Positions 25,725 through 35,133 of a stretch of 64,000 nt of DNA are shown one piece after another. Below the pieces are notes generated by a model that saw only the letters and a list, made by a program, of their open reading frames with translations, was not told the DNA's origin and did no database searches. The stretch lies in NCBI GenBank assembly GCA_028821265.1, contig JAPPGU010000002.1:904-64903 (forward strand), in the 5' to 3' direction. This DNA comes from a bacterium. Its GTDB lineage: Bacteria > Actinomycetota > Acidimicrobiia > Spongiisociales > Spongiisociaceae. The translations under genes were made by a program, and so were the position numbers. Each line of letters begins with the position of its first letter. Positions within the stretch are counted from its first letter, which is position 1.

Positions 25725-25941
25725 GGTCTCCTGAGCCCGCGGAAGAACGCGAAAATCGCCACTCCGGCTTCCCCCGCTGGGCCCTCCCCCACCGCCACCA
25801 CCTTGGAGCCGAGCGCGTCCCACCATCCCCCGGGTGGAGGTTGCTCGACGGTCTGACCGTCGATGATCCGGCCGACGTCCGGACCGGACCATTGGTATTT
25901 ACGGTTATCCAATACCATAGAACGTGGGTGTGACACGAACC
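25723..25941. repeat. intergenic segment paralogous to 36137..36392
   Basis: It shares ordered blocks GAAGAACGCGAAAATCGC, GGGCCCTCCCCC(ACC)GCCACCACCT and GTGGGTGTGACA with the second locus. It lies between convergent genes. Confidence 0.5.
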
Positions 25942-26117
25942 GGGCCATGATCCGGCTGATCCAACAACATCCGGTGGGGAGACCGCCCGGTTCGGCGGGA
26001 ACCTGCGGTCAACCCGGATCGGCGGGGCGTAGGCAGCCCGGCGCGGAGTCCCCTCCAGCGGCTCGCCGCGCCGCGGCAGGGGAAGTCTCTCGGAACGCTA
26101 CGGGTGATGCAGCCGTC

Positions 26118-27326
26118 TCACCAGCGGGGATCGTTGTGGTCGACCGGGTCGTCGACCATCTCGATATGGAGATCGTCGCCCTCGTAACGATTGGCGGCCA
26201 GGACCTCCTCGTCGAGCTCCACTCCCAAGCCGGGGGCGGTCGGAACGACGGTGCATCCGTTCTCGAACCGAAGCGGGGTCTTGAGAAGCTCGGCGTGGAA
26301 CCCGCCCCAGTCCTCGATCGCCTCCAGGATCAGGAAGTTGGGAGAGCAGGCGGCCAGCTGCAGGTTGGCCGCGGCCACGATCGGTCCGCAGTAGCAATGG
26401 GGCGCGATCTGGGCGCCATGGACCTCCGCTATGGCGGCGATCTTCTTGCCTTCCAGGAGGCCGCCGCACCGCCCCAGATCGGGCTGGACGATGTCAACCG
26501 CCGACGCCGCCAGGAGACGGGCGAACTCCGCCTTGCCGGTGAGCCGCTCCCCGGCGGCTATGGGTATCGAGGTGTGCCGGCGGACCATGGCCATACCCTC
26601 GACATCGTCGGGCGGGACCGGCTCCTCGAACCACAGCGGATCGTAGGGCTCCAGCCGGGCTGCCAGCCGGATCGCGCCGGCGGGCGTGAACTGCCCATGG
26701 GTGCCGAACAGGATGTCGGCATCCGTCCCCACCGCCTCGCGGATGGCCGAGCAGAACCGCGCCGAGAGCTCGATCCGCTCCAGGAGGGGCTGGTACCCGC
26801 CCATGGAGGAGTAGGGACCGGCCGGGTCGAACTTGAGAGCAGTGAAGCCCTTCTCCACGTATGCGGCCGCCCGGCGGGCCGCCAACTCGGGATCCCGGTA
26901 CACGGCATCGCCCTCGACACCCGGTTCGTCGTAGATGTACGTGTAGGAACGCACCGCATCCCTCACCCGGCCGCCGAGCAACGCGTGGACTGGCTTGTCC
27001 ACGGCCTTGCCGATGATATCCCAGCAGGCCATCTCCAGGGCGCTGATGGCGCCGCCCAGGGTCACGTCGGGTCTAGCAGTGAACCCCCGCCCGTAGGCGC
27101 TCCGGCAGAAACGCTCGATCAGGAACGGGTCCCGGCCGATCAGCAACGCCCCGGCCAGGTCCTCCAGCATGGCCTCCACCACCGGTGGCCGGAAGGTGGC
27201 CCCGTAGTGCTCGCCAAACCCGACGATCCCGTCATCGGTGGTGAGCTTGACGAACACGAAGTACGGGCCGCCGAGATCCGGCCGCGGGTTGGCCACCACG
27301 AAGGTCTCGACATCGACGATCCTCAT
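26118..27326 (-). CDS. enolase-superfamily enzyme (mandelate racemase / muconate lactonizing family, dehydratase-like)
   Basis: It has an N-terminal capping domain (MRIVDVETFVV...) and barrel residues in KFDPAG, FEEP and PIAAGER contexts. Confidence 0.85.
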   Translation of the reverse strand: MRIVDVETFVVANPRPDLGGPYFVFVKLTTDDGIVGFGEHYGATFRPPVVEAMLEDLAGALLIGRDPFLIERFCRSAYGRGFTARPDVTLGGAISALEMACWDIIGKAVDKPVHALLGGRVRDAVRSYTYIYDEPGVEGDAVYRDPELAARRAAAYVEKGFTALKFDPAGPYSSMGGYQPLLERIELSARFCSAIREAVGTDADILFGTHGQFTPAGAIRLAARLEPYDPLWFEEPVPPDDVEGMAMVRRHTSIPIAAGERLTGKAEFARLLAASAVDIVQPDLGRCGGLLEGKKIAAIAEVHGAQIAPHCYCGPIVAAANLQLAACSPNFLILEAIEDWGGFHAELLKTPLRFENGCTVVPTAPGLGVELDEEVLAANRYEGDDLHIEMVDDPVDHNDPRW

Positions 27327-28459
27327 GCGACCACGCTCTCCTCCATCATGATCACGTTGCGCAGGGCGTCGCCGCGGCGCGCCGACCCGAGGGCCTCCCC
27401 GATCTCATCGAGCGCGAACCGGCCGGTGATAAGGCCATCCAGCTCCAATTGGCCCTCCTGATAGAGAGCGACGAGCGCGGGAATGTCCCGGGCAGGCCGG
27501 CCGGCGCCCATCTTCGAGCCGAGTATCCGCTGGCCGGCACTCGCCACCGTCGCCGGGTCCAGGCTAACCCTGGCGCCGCTCGGCGGCATGCCCACCAGCA
27601 CCAGCGTGCCCATCCTCGCCAGCAGGTCGAATCCGGTCTCGATTGCCGAAATGGCCGCCGTCGCCACGAACACGTAGTCGGCCATCTCGCCCTTCGTCAC
27701 CGCGCGGACCTCATCCAGCACATCGTCCCGGATTGCGACTGCGGCGCTCGCACCGAGCCGGAGGGCCGCGGCCAGCCGGCGCTGATCCGGATCGACTGCG
27801 ACCACCTCCGCCGCACCGGCCATCCGGGCGCCCTGCACCACGTTGAGCCCGACCCCGCCCGCGCCCAGCACCACCACGAAGGATCCCGGAGCGACCCGGG
27901 CGGTGTTGCGGACCGCGCCCACGCCCGCCAACACGCCGCAGGACAGCAACGCCGCCACGTCCAGGTCGATCTCAGGACCGACCCGGACCACCTGGGATCG
28001 GTGGATGGTCACAGCCTCGGCGAACGCCGCTACCCCCAGACCCTGCCAGATCTCCGACCCGAGCGCGTCGCGCAACGGACCGCACTCGTCCAGCGCGAAG
28101 CGGCCCGAACAGCCCACCGGCGCCCCCGCCATGCAACGACGGCATGATCCGCAACTCCTGATCAACGTGACGACCACCCGATCACCGACCGCCAGATCCG
28201 TCACTCCCGGGCCGAGCCGATCCACTGTTCCCGCCGCCTCATGACCGAACACCGCAGGACTGGAAGCCTCCCAGTGGCCGTCCATGTAGGCGAGGTCACT
28301 TCCGCAGATCGCCGTCGCCGCCACCCGGACGCCCACCTCCCCCGGTGCCGGATCGGCCAACCACACATCCTCGATACTGAGCGGTGATCCAGAGGCCTTC
28401 CACACCGCAGCCCTCACCGTGGCGCCGGAGGTCCGGGCTCTGCTGCTCATGTTCGTCAT
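27323..28459 (-). CDS. zinc-dependent alcohol dehydrogenase (MDR superfamily)
   Basis: AICGSD, GHEAAG, a CGSCRRC structural-zinc motif and GAGGVG. It overlaps the downstream gene by 4 nt. Confidence 0.8.
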   Translation of the reverse strand: MTNMSSRARTSGATVRAAVWKASGSPLSIEDVWLADPAPGEVGVRVAATAICGSDLAYMDGHWEASSPAVFGHEAAGTVDRLGPGVTDLAVGDRVVVTLIRSCGSCRRCMAGAPVGCSGRFALDECGPLRDALGSEIWQGLGVAAFAEAVTIHRSQVVRVGPEIDLDVAALLSCGVLAGVGAVRNTARVAPGSFVVVLGAGGVGLNVVQGARMAGAAEVVAVDPDQRRLAAALRLGASAAVAIRDDVLDEVRAVTKGEMADYVFVATAAISAIETGFDLLARMGTLVLVGMPPSGARVSLDPATVASAGQRILGSKMGAGRPARDIPALVALYQEGQLELDGLITGRFALDEIGEALGSARRGDALRNVIMMEESVVA

Positions 28460-28566
28460 CGACCTCGGTCCTGATCCGCGCCGGCAATTGTCGCATCTCG
28501 AGACCGGCTTGATACGCTACGAGAGGCCCGATTCAGCGGCAGCCGGACGAAGGAGGCATCAGTCCA

Positions 28567-29466
28567 ATGGTGACGGTGGACTGCCACCTCCATCTGACCG
28601 ACTCCGCGGAACAGGCGCCGATCTGGTGGATGGAGGAGCTCTACCGCCCTTACGGCGGCGGGTACATCTGGACGGACGGCCAGGCGATCGTCGGCATCCT
28701 CGATCGGGCCGGGGTCGACATGGGGATGGTGCAGGGCTCCGATATTCGCCGCACCACCTACCATCCCGACTTTCCCGACCAGCGCCACGTGTTCGTACCC
28801 AACGACTACACAGCAGAGCAGGTAGCCCTCTTCCCCGAGCGCCTGATCGGCGTGGCCAACATCGACCCGCTGCGGGACGTGCGGGCCGGGGTCATCGAGC
28901 AGCGACGCTGCGTCGAGGAATACGGCTTCAGATCCTCGAAGTTCCTGCCCACCTACCAGAACTACTACATAGACGACCCCGCCGTGGCGCCCATGCTGGA
29001 GAGCTGCCTGGAACTCGACATCGTCGCCCACGTGAACACCGGTTACTCGCCGACCATCACCGCCGCGCTCCGGTACGGCCACCCCGAACGGCTGGACCGG
29101 GTCGGTATCCGCTACCGCGACCTCCGCGTGCTGGTCTACATCAACTTCCCCTACGTGGACGAGGGCATCGCGGTGGTGGCCCGCCACCCCAACTTCCACG
29201 CCGACATCGCCTACTTCATGGGGGCTGGGCCGGGGCCACTGTTCGACGCTCTCGACAAACTCCGCGGTCTGGGCGCCCTGGGCCGGGTTCTGTACGGCTC
29301 GGACAACAACGACAAGGACCGGACCGGCGGAGGTCAGCAGATCGGGACCCAGCTCCTAGGCGAGCTGAACGAGGTGGCCGATCGCACCGGCCGGGAGCCG
29401 TTCACCACCGCGGACATCGACGGCATCGTGAGCGGGAACGCCCAGCGCCTGTACAAGCTGGACTGA
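28567..29466 (+). CDS. amidohydrolase_2 (ACMSD-like TIM-barrel metal hydrolase)
   Basis: It has the N-terminal DCHLHL HxH motif, later VAHVNTG, and YGSDNND. Confidence 0.75.
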   Translation: MVTVDCHLHLTDSAEQAPIWWMEELYRPYGGGYIWTDGQAIVGILDRAGVDMGMVQGSDIRRTTYHPDFPDQRHVFVPNDYTAEQVALFPERLIGVANIDPLRDVRAGVIEQRRCVEEYGFRSSKFLPTYQNYYIDDPAVAPMLESCLELDIVAHVNTGYSPTITAALRYGHPERLDRVGIRYRDLRVLVYINFPYVDEGIAVVARHPNFHADIAYFMGAGPGPLFDALDKLRGLGALGRVLYGSDNNDKDRTGGGQQIGTQLLGELNEVADRTGREPFTTADIDGIVSGNAQRLYKLD

Positions 29467-29470
29467 TCCG

Positions 29471-30403
29471 ATGCCTACCGTCGACGTGCTGCTCTACCTC
29501 ACCGAGACGGCCCGCCACGCTCCCGTCTGGTGGATGGAGGAGCTGTACCGTCCCTACGGCGGGGAGTACGTCTGGACCGACGGGGCGGCCCTGGTGGACC
29601 TCCTGGACCGGGCCGGAATCGATGTCGGCCTGGCGCACGGATCGGACCTGCGCCGCACCACGTTCCATCCGGACCACCCGGACCGTCACGAGGTCCACGT
29701 GCCCAACGACTACACCGCGGCCCAGTGCGCCGCGCATCCGGGACGCCTGTACGGCGTGGCGTGCGTGGACGCGCTCCGCGACGTGCGGGCGGCCACCGAG
29801 GAGATCGAACGGTGCGTCACCGAGTTCGGGTTCCGCATGATGAAGCTCCTGCCTACGTACCACCATCATGATCCCGCCGACCCGAGACTTGCGCCCGTCT
29901 ACGAGAAGTGTCTCGAGCTGGACCTCCCGATCCACACCCACACCGGATTCACACCGATCATCAACGCTCCCATGCCCCACGCCCGTCCGGTCCTCCTCGA
30001 CGAGCTCGGGATCCGCTACCGGGAGCTCAAGGTGGTCGTCTACCTGGCCTTTCCCTATGTGGACGAGGGCATCGCCGTGGTGGCCCGGCACCCGAACTTC
30101 TATGCCGACCTGTCCTACTACGCGGGGGGCGATCCCCGCGATCTGTACCGGGTGCTGAACAAGCTCAGGAGCCTCGGCGCGCTGGACCGGGCGGTCTACG
30201 GGTCCGACAACAACGACAAGCAGAAGTCCGGCCCCGGCGGGGTGGCCTCCGACATCTTCCGCGCGGTCAACCGGGTGGCCGCCGAGGTCGGCGGTCCCGC
30301 GGTGACGGAGGAGGAGATGGAAGCCATCATGGGCGGCACGGCCTCCCGACTCCTCAAGATCCCGGACCGCGCAGCCGGCACCGGCGGAACGGCCGCCAAC
30401 TAG
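29471..30403 (+). CDS. amidohydrolase_2 paralogue lacking the N-terminal HxH metal ligands
   Basis: It is collinear with the upstream gene (WWMEELYRPYGG, FPYVDEGIAVVARHPNF and YGSDNND are shared), but the HxH position reads DVLLYL. Confidence 0.7.
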   Translation: MPTVDVLLYLTETARHAPVWWMEELYRPYGGEYVWTDGAALVDLLDRAGIDVGLAHGSDLRRTTFHPDHPDRHEVHVPNDYTAAQCAAHPGRLYGVACVDALRDVRAATEEIERCVTEFGFRMMKLLPTYHHHDPADPRLAPVYEKCLELDLPIHTHTGFTPIINAPMPHARPVLLDELGIRYRELKVVVYLAFPYVDEGIAVVARHPNFYADLSYYAGGDPRDLYRVLNKLRSLGALDRAVYGSDNNDKQKSGPGGVASDIFRAVNRVAAEVGGPAVTEEEMEAIMGGTASRLLKIPDRAAGTGGTAAN

Positions 30404-30416
30404 GAGGTTCCCTCAG

Positions 30417-31820
30417 ATGAACGAGACAAGCCGAGATTGCGACCTCCTCCTGACGGGAGGGTCGGTGGTGACCGTGGACGACGAGCGCCGGGTGATCGAG
30501 CCCGGGTCGGTGGCGGTGTCGGGCAATCGGATCGTGGCGGTAGGCCCGGACGAGGACCTGGCCGGGTACCGGGCGGGACGTACCATCGATTGCTCCGGGC
30601 ATGCCGTCCTGCCGGGGTTGATCGACACCCACGACCACCTGTTCCAGGGTCTGGCCCGCGGGCTGGGCGAGGGGATGCCGCTGTGGACCTGGCTGACCGA
30701 CTTCATGTGGCCGTTCTCGATCTCCATCAACCTGGAGGAGGGCCGGATTGGAGCCAAGCTGGGAGCGGTGGAAGCCCTCAAGGCCGGTACCACCACGGTG
30801 ATCGACAACCACTACGCGCCGTCCGATCTCGACACCACCCTGGCCGTGGCCGGCGCCATCCACGAGGTGGGGCTGCGGGGGGCCGTGGCCCGCGGCATCG
30901 TAGGCGAGGCGACCGACATAGCCCGCCGATTCAACCTGGCGGGCGAGCTGTTCTCCTACTCCAATGACGAGGAGATCGAGATCACCACCGCCGCGATGGA
31001 GCAGTACCCGGCCGGTGAGCGGGTGCAGGTCTGGCCGGCTCCCCTCAACATCATCTACAACGACCAGGACCTGGTACGGCGGAGCGTGGCCCTGGCTCGA
31101 GAGGCCGGAGTCGGCTGGCATACGCACTGCTCGGAACGCCTGGAGGACCCACCCACCTACCTGGAGGAATACGGTATCCGCCCGGTCGAGTGGCTCTACC
31201 AGGAGGGCCTGCTCGGACCGGAGGCGACCATCGCCCACGGGATCTACCTCGACGACGCCGAGATCGACCATGTGGGCGAGACCGGCACGGGCATCGCCTA
31301 CTGTCCGATCTCCCACCAGTACATCGCCCTCGGGGTGATGCGGCTCAGGGACCTGCGAGCCTCAGGCGCGCCGATCGGTCTCGGCACCGACGGTCCGTGC
31401 TGCAACCATCGCCAGGACATGTTCGAGGTGATGAAGCAGGCCATCCTCCTCCAGCGGGTCCACACCCTGGAGCCGACCATCAGCAACGGGGAGGAGGCCC
31501 TGGAGATGGCCACGAGGGAGGGTGCCCGTTACGCCAACATCGAGGCGGGTGAGCTGGCACCCGGAAAGCTGGCAGACATCATCGTCGTGAACATGAAGAG
31601 CCCCCACCTGACCCCCTGGCACCGGACCGTCTCCGCCATCACCTACTGCGTCCGGGGATCGGACGTGGTCCATTCCATCATCGACGGCAACCTGGCGCTC
31701 GAGAACGGGCGCTGCACCATGGTCGACGAGGAAGAGGTCATGCGCGAGGCGCAGGCGCGCGCCGAGGACCTGATCGACCGCGCCGGGCTACACGGGCTGC
31801 TAACGCCCTGGAGGCGATAG
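30417..31820 (+). CDS. amidohydrolase_1 family deaminase/chlorohydrolase-like enzyme
   Basis: It has LPGLIDTHDHLFQG (HxH) and later HCSE, GTDG and similar motifs. The length (467 aa) fits the SsnA/MtaD/AtzA-like subgroup. Confidence 0.8.
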   Translation: MNETSRDCDLLLTGGSVVTVDDERRVIEPGSVAVSGNRIVAVGPDEDLAGYRAGRTIDCSGHAVLPGLIDTHDHLFQGLARGLGEGMPLWTWLTDFMWPFSISINLEEGRIGAKLGAVEALKAGTTTVIDNHYAPSDLDTTLAVAGAIHEVGLRGAVARGIVGEATDIARRFNLAGELFSYSNDEEIEITTAAMEQYPAGERVQVWPAPLNIIYNDQDLVRRSVALAREAGVGWHTHCSERLEDPPTYLEEYGIRPVEWLYQEGLLGPEATIAHGIYLDDAEIDHVGETGTGIAYCPISHQYIALGVMRLRDLRASGAPIGLGTDGPCCNHRQDMFEVMKQAILLQRVHTLEPTISNGEEALEMATREGARYANIEAGELAPGKLADIIVVNMKSPHLTPWHRTVSAITYCVRGSDVVHSIIDGNLALENGRCTMVDEEEVMREAQARAEDLIDRAGLHGLLTPWRR

Positions 31821-31886
31821 CAACCGGGCGACGGAGGTCACGCGACGATCCTGTTCATCGGCGACCGTGACTCCGCGGCACACGAA

Positions 31887-32339
31887 TCAATCCCTGTAGA
31901 CAGCGACCCACTTGATTATCTCTTCCACGTCGGCGGAAAGCTCCATCAAACCTACGTGCTCATCGTAGAGATCGCCGTCCATCTGCTCCTTGATCTCCGG
32001 CTCCAATACGTGATATACGGGAAGTCCCAACGGGACTCCGGCCAACGGACCCGCCCAGGTCGGATCGCCTCTGGTCACCGTCTCCGCGAAGAGACCGGCG
32101 CTGTTGGCATCCGGCTGCCCCAGCAGGACGACCATGCCGTCCGTGCCGGAGGTCTCGGCCAGGCGATTTACGTTCGCCTGGTCCTCCAGGTCCATCGCTC
32201 CCCCAGCCGTTCAGACGAAGCACTGGGTGACGCTGAACACCACATCGGCGCCGGCCGACTCGGCCAGGAGCTTGAGGCTGGGCCCGGTGACGCCGTCGCG
32301 CTCACCGATGGCCACCACCCTCCTGCCGTTCAGATCCAT
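31887..32339 (-). CDS. grdA: glycine/sarcosine/betaine reductase complex selenoprotein A, with in-frame UGA (Sec43)
   Basis: The minus-strand frame reads, after GAGGAG, an ATG at 32339 and then MDLNGRRVVAIGERDGVTGPSLKLLAESAGADVVFSVTQCFV-TGA(32213..32211)-TAGGAMDLEDQ... to the stop at 31887. The CFVU motif and both halves match GrdA. The track lists only the part after the UGA. Confidence 0.85.
32159..32181 (-). promoter_or_regulatory. candidate SECIS-type hairpin downstream of the grdA UGA
   Basis: On the mRNA, CCAGGCGA-ACGUAAA-UCGCCUGG forms a perfect 8-bp stem at +30 to +52 after the UGA. An alternative is CCUGG-AGGA-CCAGG at +21 to +34. Confidence 0.35.
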
Positions 32340-32496
32340 ACCCGCTCCTCTCGCTTCTTTCATTACGTCGGACTTCGGCCGCCGGGGGTCACGCTTTCGT
32401 TGACGACGTGATGGCGGGCCGTCGAGAGTCTATCGCCCGGCCTATCCACCACAGGAATGGCAGATTCGTGGCCGGCTCGGCTGACCTACAGCCTTG

Positions 32497-34014
32497 CTAC
32501 CCCGTGCGGCGCGCCACGGCCGGCCGCTCGACGATGAAGGAAACCCCGTCGACCAACTGTGTCATCCTGCCCAGGAACAGGCTCCCCTTGGCGACGATCA
32601 TGGCTCGGTCGAGGCTGCCGCGGCGCATGGCTTCCAGGGCGTGTCCCAGGTAGGGAACCCCGGCCGGGATGTGTCCCTGGGTCGGAGCGAACCCGGGCAT
32701 GCCGCGCTCGGCCACGAAGCGGTCGATGTCTCCCCTCCCGATCTCTCGCCGTAGCACCGCCATCGCCGCCAGCGTCCGGTAGTTCATTCTGGGCACGTCG
32801 CCGCTCCCGCCGGGCTCGGTGATCTCCGGATTGTGCATCTCCACCGCGTACTTGTCGATGTCGGTCATGCCGAGACCGGCCCTCACGAGCGGTTCCACCA
32901 CCAGCGCCTCGTACACCGCCTTCGGAGAGGAACCGGCCCCGATCGGATGCTTCCCGGCGAGGTCGAGCCGCAGCTCCATGCCGTGGCCGCCGGCGGGACC
33001 GACCAGGAATGCCATGGAAGCCAGGCAGTCCTCCATCACCGGCACCCCGTTGCGCAGGTGAGCGCCGAACTTCATGCCTAGCTTGGCCTGCGATCCGCCG
33101 CCCAACACGACCACGTACTTGTGAACACCCGCCGCCACCATCGCGCCGGCCGCGATCAGCGCGTGCACCGGCGCGGAGCAGAACGCCTTGATGTCCGATC
33201 CGGTGGCGTTCACGCAGCCGACCACCTCGCCGACCGCTTTCGACAGGCTGCCCCCGCCCCGCTGGTATCGGTCCCCGACCGCTTCCTCCCCACAGTTGAG
33301 CAGGTAGTCGATCTCACCTGCCCCGATGCCGCTGTTCCTGAGAAGATCGGAGAACGCCAGGACTGCGGTCGCCTTGCCGGCCAGGTTCTCGAGCAGCACA
33401 GAGGCGGTGAGCGCCTCGTCCTGGTCGTGAACAGTGCGGATGAACCCGGCCATGCGCCCGTCGTGGTGGAGGTCGAGTCCGGCACTCTCCTCCGCCAGAG
33501 TCCGCAACTCGGCCGGGTCGACACCCGTAATCCGCCCCCTCCGATGATCGAAGTCGACCAGATCGAAGCCGGCCTGCTCGGCCAGTTCCCCATCGATGGC
33601 CAGCAGGTCGAAGTCGTCGCACAGCTTCATGAGCCCGTACAGGGCAGGCTGGCTGACCATGCGCCCGAAGGCGCCGGAGGGACTTGCCGAGTCGATCCTG
33701 TTCTCGTACCAGGGACGGGGGATGGACGCCAGGTCCTCCGGTGCGAGATTCCCGATGAACACCTGGTTCGGCGGGTAGGCGACCACTTCGTCCCAGGGGC
33801 GAAGGGATCCGGCAATCCGGGGCAGCAGTGACGGGTCCCTGCCGATCTCACGTACCGGCTTCGACCCGTACCTGACCAGATCGGGAGCGTGAGAAAGGGC
33901 GTAGGAAGCGCTGAGGATGGCGGGTGTCGGGCTCAACGGAATGGTCTCCAGGTTGGCTGCTCGGCGATTGCTCGGCCGAAGCAGGGTAACCGTAGCCTGA
34001 CCGAGCCCGGCCAT
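32497..34014 (-). CDS. grdC: glycine/sarcosine/betaine reductase component C beta-subunit-like protein (thiolase-fold)
   Basis: The motifs ASYALSHAPDLV, YPPNQVFIGNL...PRPWYENR, GDRYQRGGGSLSKAVGEVVGCVNATGSDIKAFCSAPVHAL and PGFAPTQGHIPAGVPYLGHA...GSLFLGRMT resemble GrdC as I recall it. A TTG at 33936, preceded by GGAG, is an alternative start. Confidence 0.6.
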   Translation of the reverse strand: MAGLGQATVTLLRPSNRRAANLETIPLSPTPAILSASYALSHAPDLVRYGSKPVREIGRDPSLLPRIAGSLRPWDEVVAYPPNQVFIGNLAPEDLASIPRPWYENRIDSASPSGAFGRMVSQPALYGLMKLCDDFDLLAIDGELAEQAGFDLVDFDHRRGRITGVDPAELRTLAEESAGLDLHHDGRMAGFIRTVHDQDEALTASVLLENLAGKATAVLAFSDLLRNSGIGAGEIDYLLNCGEEAVGDRYQRGGGSLSKAVGEVVGCVNATGSDIKAFCSAPVHALIAAGAMVAAGVHKYVVVLGGGSQAKLGMKFGAHLRNGVPVMEDCLASMAFLVGPAGGHGMELRLDLAGKHPIGAGSSPKAVYEALVVEPLVRAGLGMTDIDKYAVEMHNPEITEPGGSGDVPRMNYRTLAAMAVLRREIGRGDIDRFVAERGMPGFAPTQGHIPAGVPYLGHALEAMRRGSLDRAMIVAKGSLFLGRMTQLVDGVSFIVERPAVARRTG

Positions 34015-34030
34015 CGGGAGAGCAGGAGCG

Positions 34031-35053
34031 GTGGGTATTCTCTCCTCGCCCTGGACAGGAGCGTTCCAGGCCCGTTCACCATGGAGAAGACCCCCCTTGG
34101 CCCGCCGTTACCCGACCACAGCGCTGAGCGGAGAGGGTCTTGGTATCCCGTTCCTGGCCATGGCCACCAGCATCCTCATCATGAGCACCGGCCTGGTGGC
34201 GATCAAGGCAACCAGCCTCGGCGGGCTCGAGTTCTCCTTCTGGCGTCTATGGATCGGCGTGGCGGCGCTGGGCCCCGTGGTCATCTGGAGGCTCGCCGCC
34301 AAGCCCGAGGCGCGCCCGTCGCTCTCCTCGCTGCGCCGGGCCATCCTGCCGGGTCTCCTGATCGCGTTCATCCAGCCGGCCCTGGTCGTCGCAGCCAAGC
34401 TCACCTCGGTCACGGATGTAGCGCTGCTGACCTCGGTGATCCCCCTGATCGTAAGCGTGATCGCCGTTCCGATCCTGGGCGAACGCCCCGGCGCCCGCTT
34501 CCGGCTGTGGGTGGTGGTGGCGATCAGCGGCGCCGGCTTGGTGGCCTACGGAGGATCCACCGGCCTCGAGGGCGACCTGCTCGGGATGGCCCTGGCATGT
34601 GCCGGAGTGGTGTGCTGGGCGTTCTACATGGTCATCCTGAAGATCTCCAGGGTCTACCTGGATGCCATCGTGCTGCTCTGGGCCATCTTGGTGGTCGCAG
34701 CGATCGGCGTGACCGGGTTCATGGCGCTCACCGGCTGGGAGCCGGGCTCGGTGACCACCGGGGACTGGCTGCTGATCACCTACGTAGCGGTGATACCCGG
34801 AGGGGTCGGTCTGGCGCTGATGACCTGGGCCTACCGCTGGCTGCCCGCCAACATCCCACCCCTCATGCAAAGTGCCAAACCGGTCCTGTCCAGCGCCCAG
34901 GCCTACGCGCTCCTGTCCGAGCCCGTTACCGCTCTGCACTTCGTGGGCGGCGGCATCGCAATCGCCGGAGTGGTTGGAGCGATCCTGGATCGAACCGGCC
35001 GGCGCCTTCTGGCCGAAGCGCAGAGCAAGGCCGACCCCAGCCAGATCTCATGA
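34031..35053 (+). CDS. EamA/DMT-family transporter
   Basis: About 10 hydrophobic helices in two EamA-like halves. The start is uncertain (GTG 34031 or ATG 34160). Confidence 0.8.
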   Translation: MGILSSPWTGAFQARSPWRRPPLARRYPTTALSGEGLGIPFLAMATSILIMSTGLVAIKATSLGGLEFSFWRLWIGVAALGPVVIWRLAAKPEARPSLSSLRRAILPGLLIAFIQPALVVAAKLTSVTDVALLTSVIPLIVSVIAVPILGERPGARFRLWVVVAISGAGLVAYGGSTGLEGDLLGMALACAGVVCWAFYMVILKISRVYLDAIVLLWAILVVAAIGVTGFMALTGWEPGSVTTGDWLLITYVAVIPGGVGLALMTWAYRWLPANIPPLMQSAKPVLSSAQAYALLSEPVTALHFVGGGIAIAGVVGAILDRTGRRLLAEAQSKADPSQIS

Positions 35054-35133
35054 ACCTCAACTACCTGATTCCCCGGCGGACGTCGATCTCGCGAACTCGC
35101 GGCCGGCGGTGACGAAACACCGTACAGGGATCG

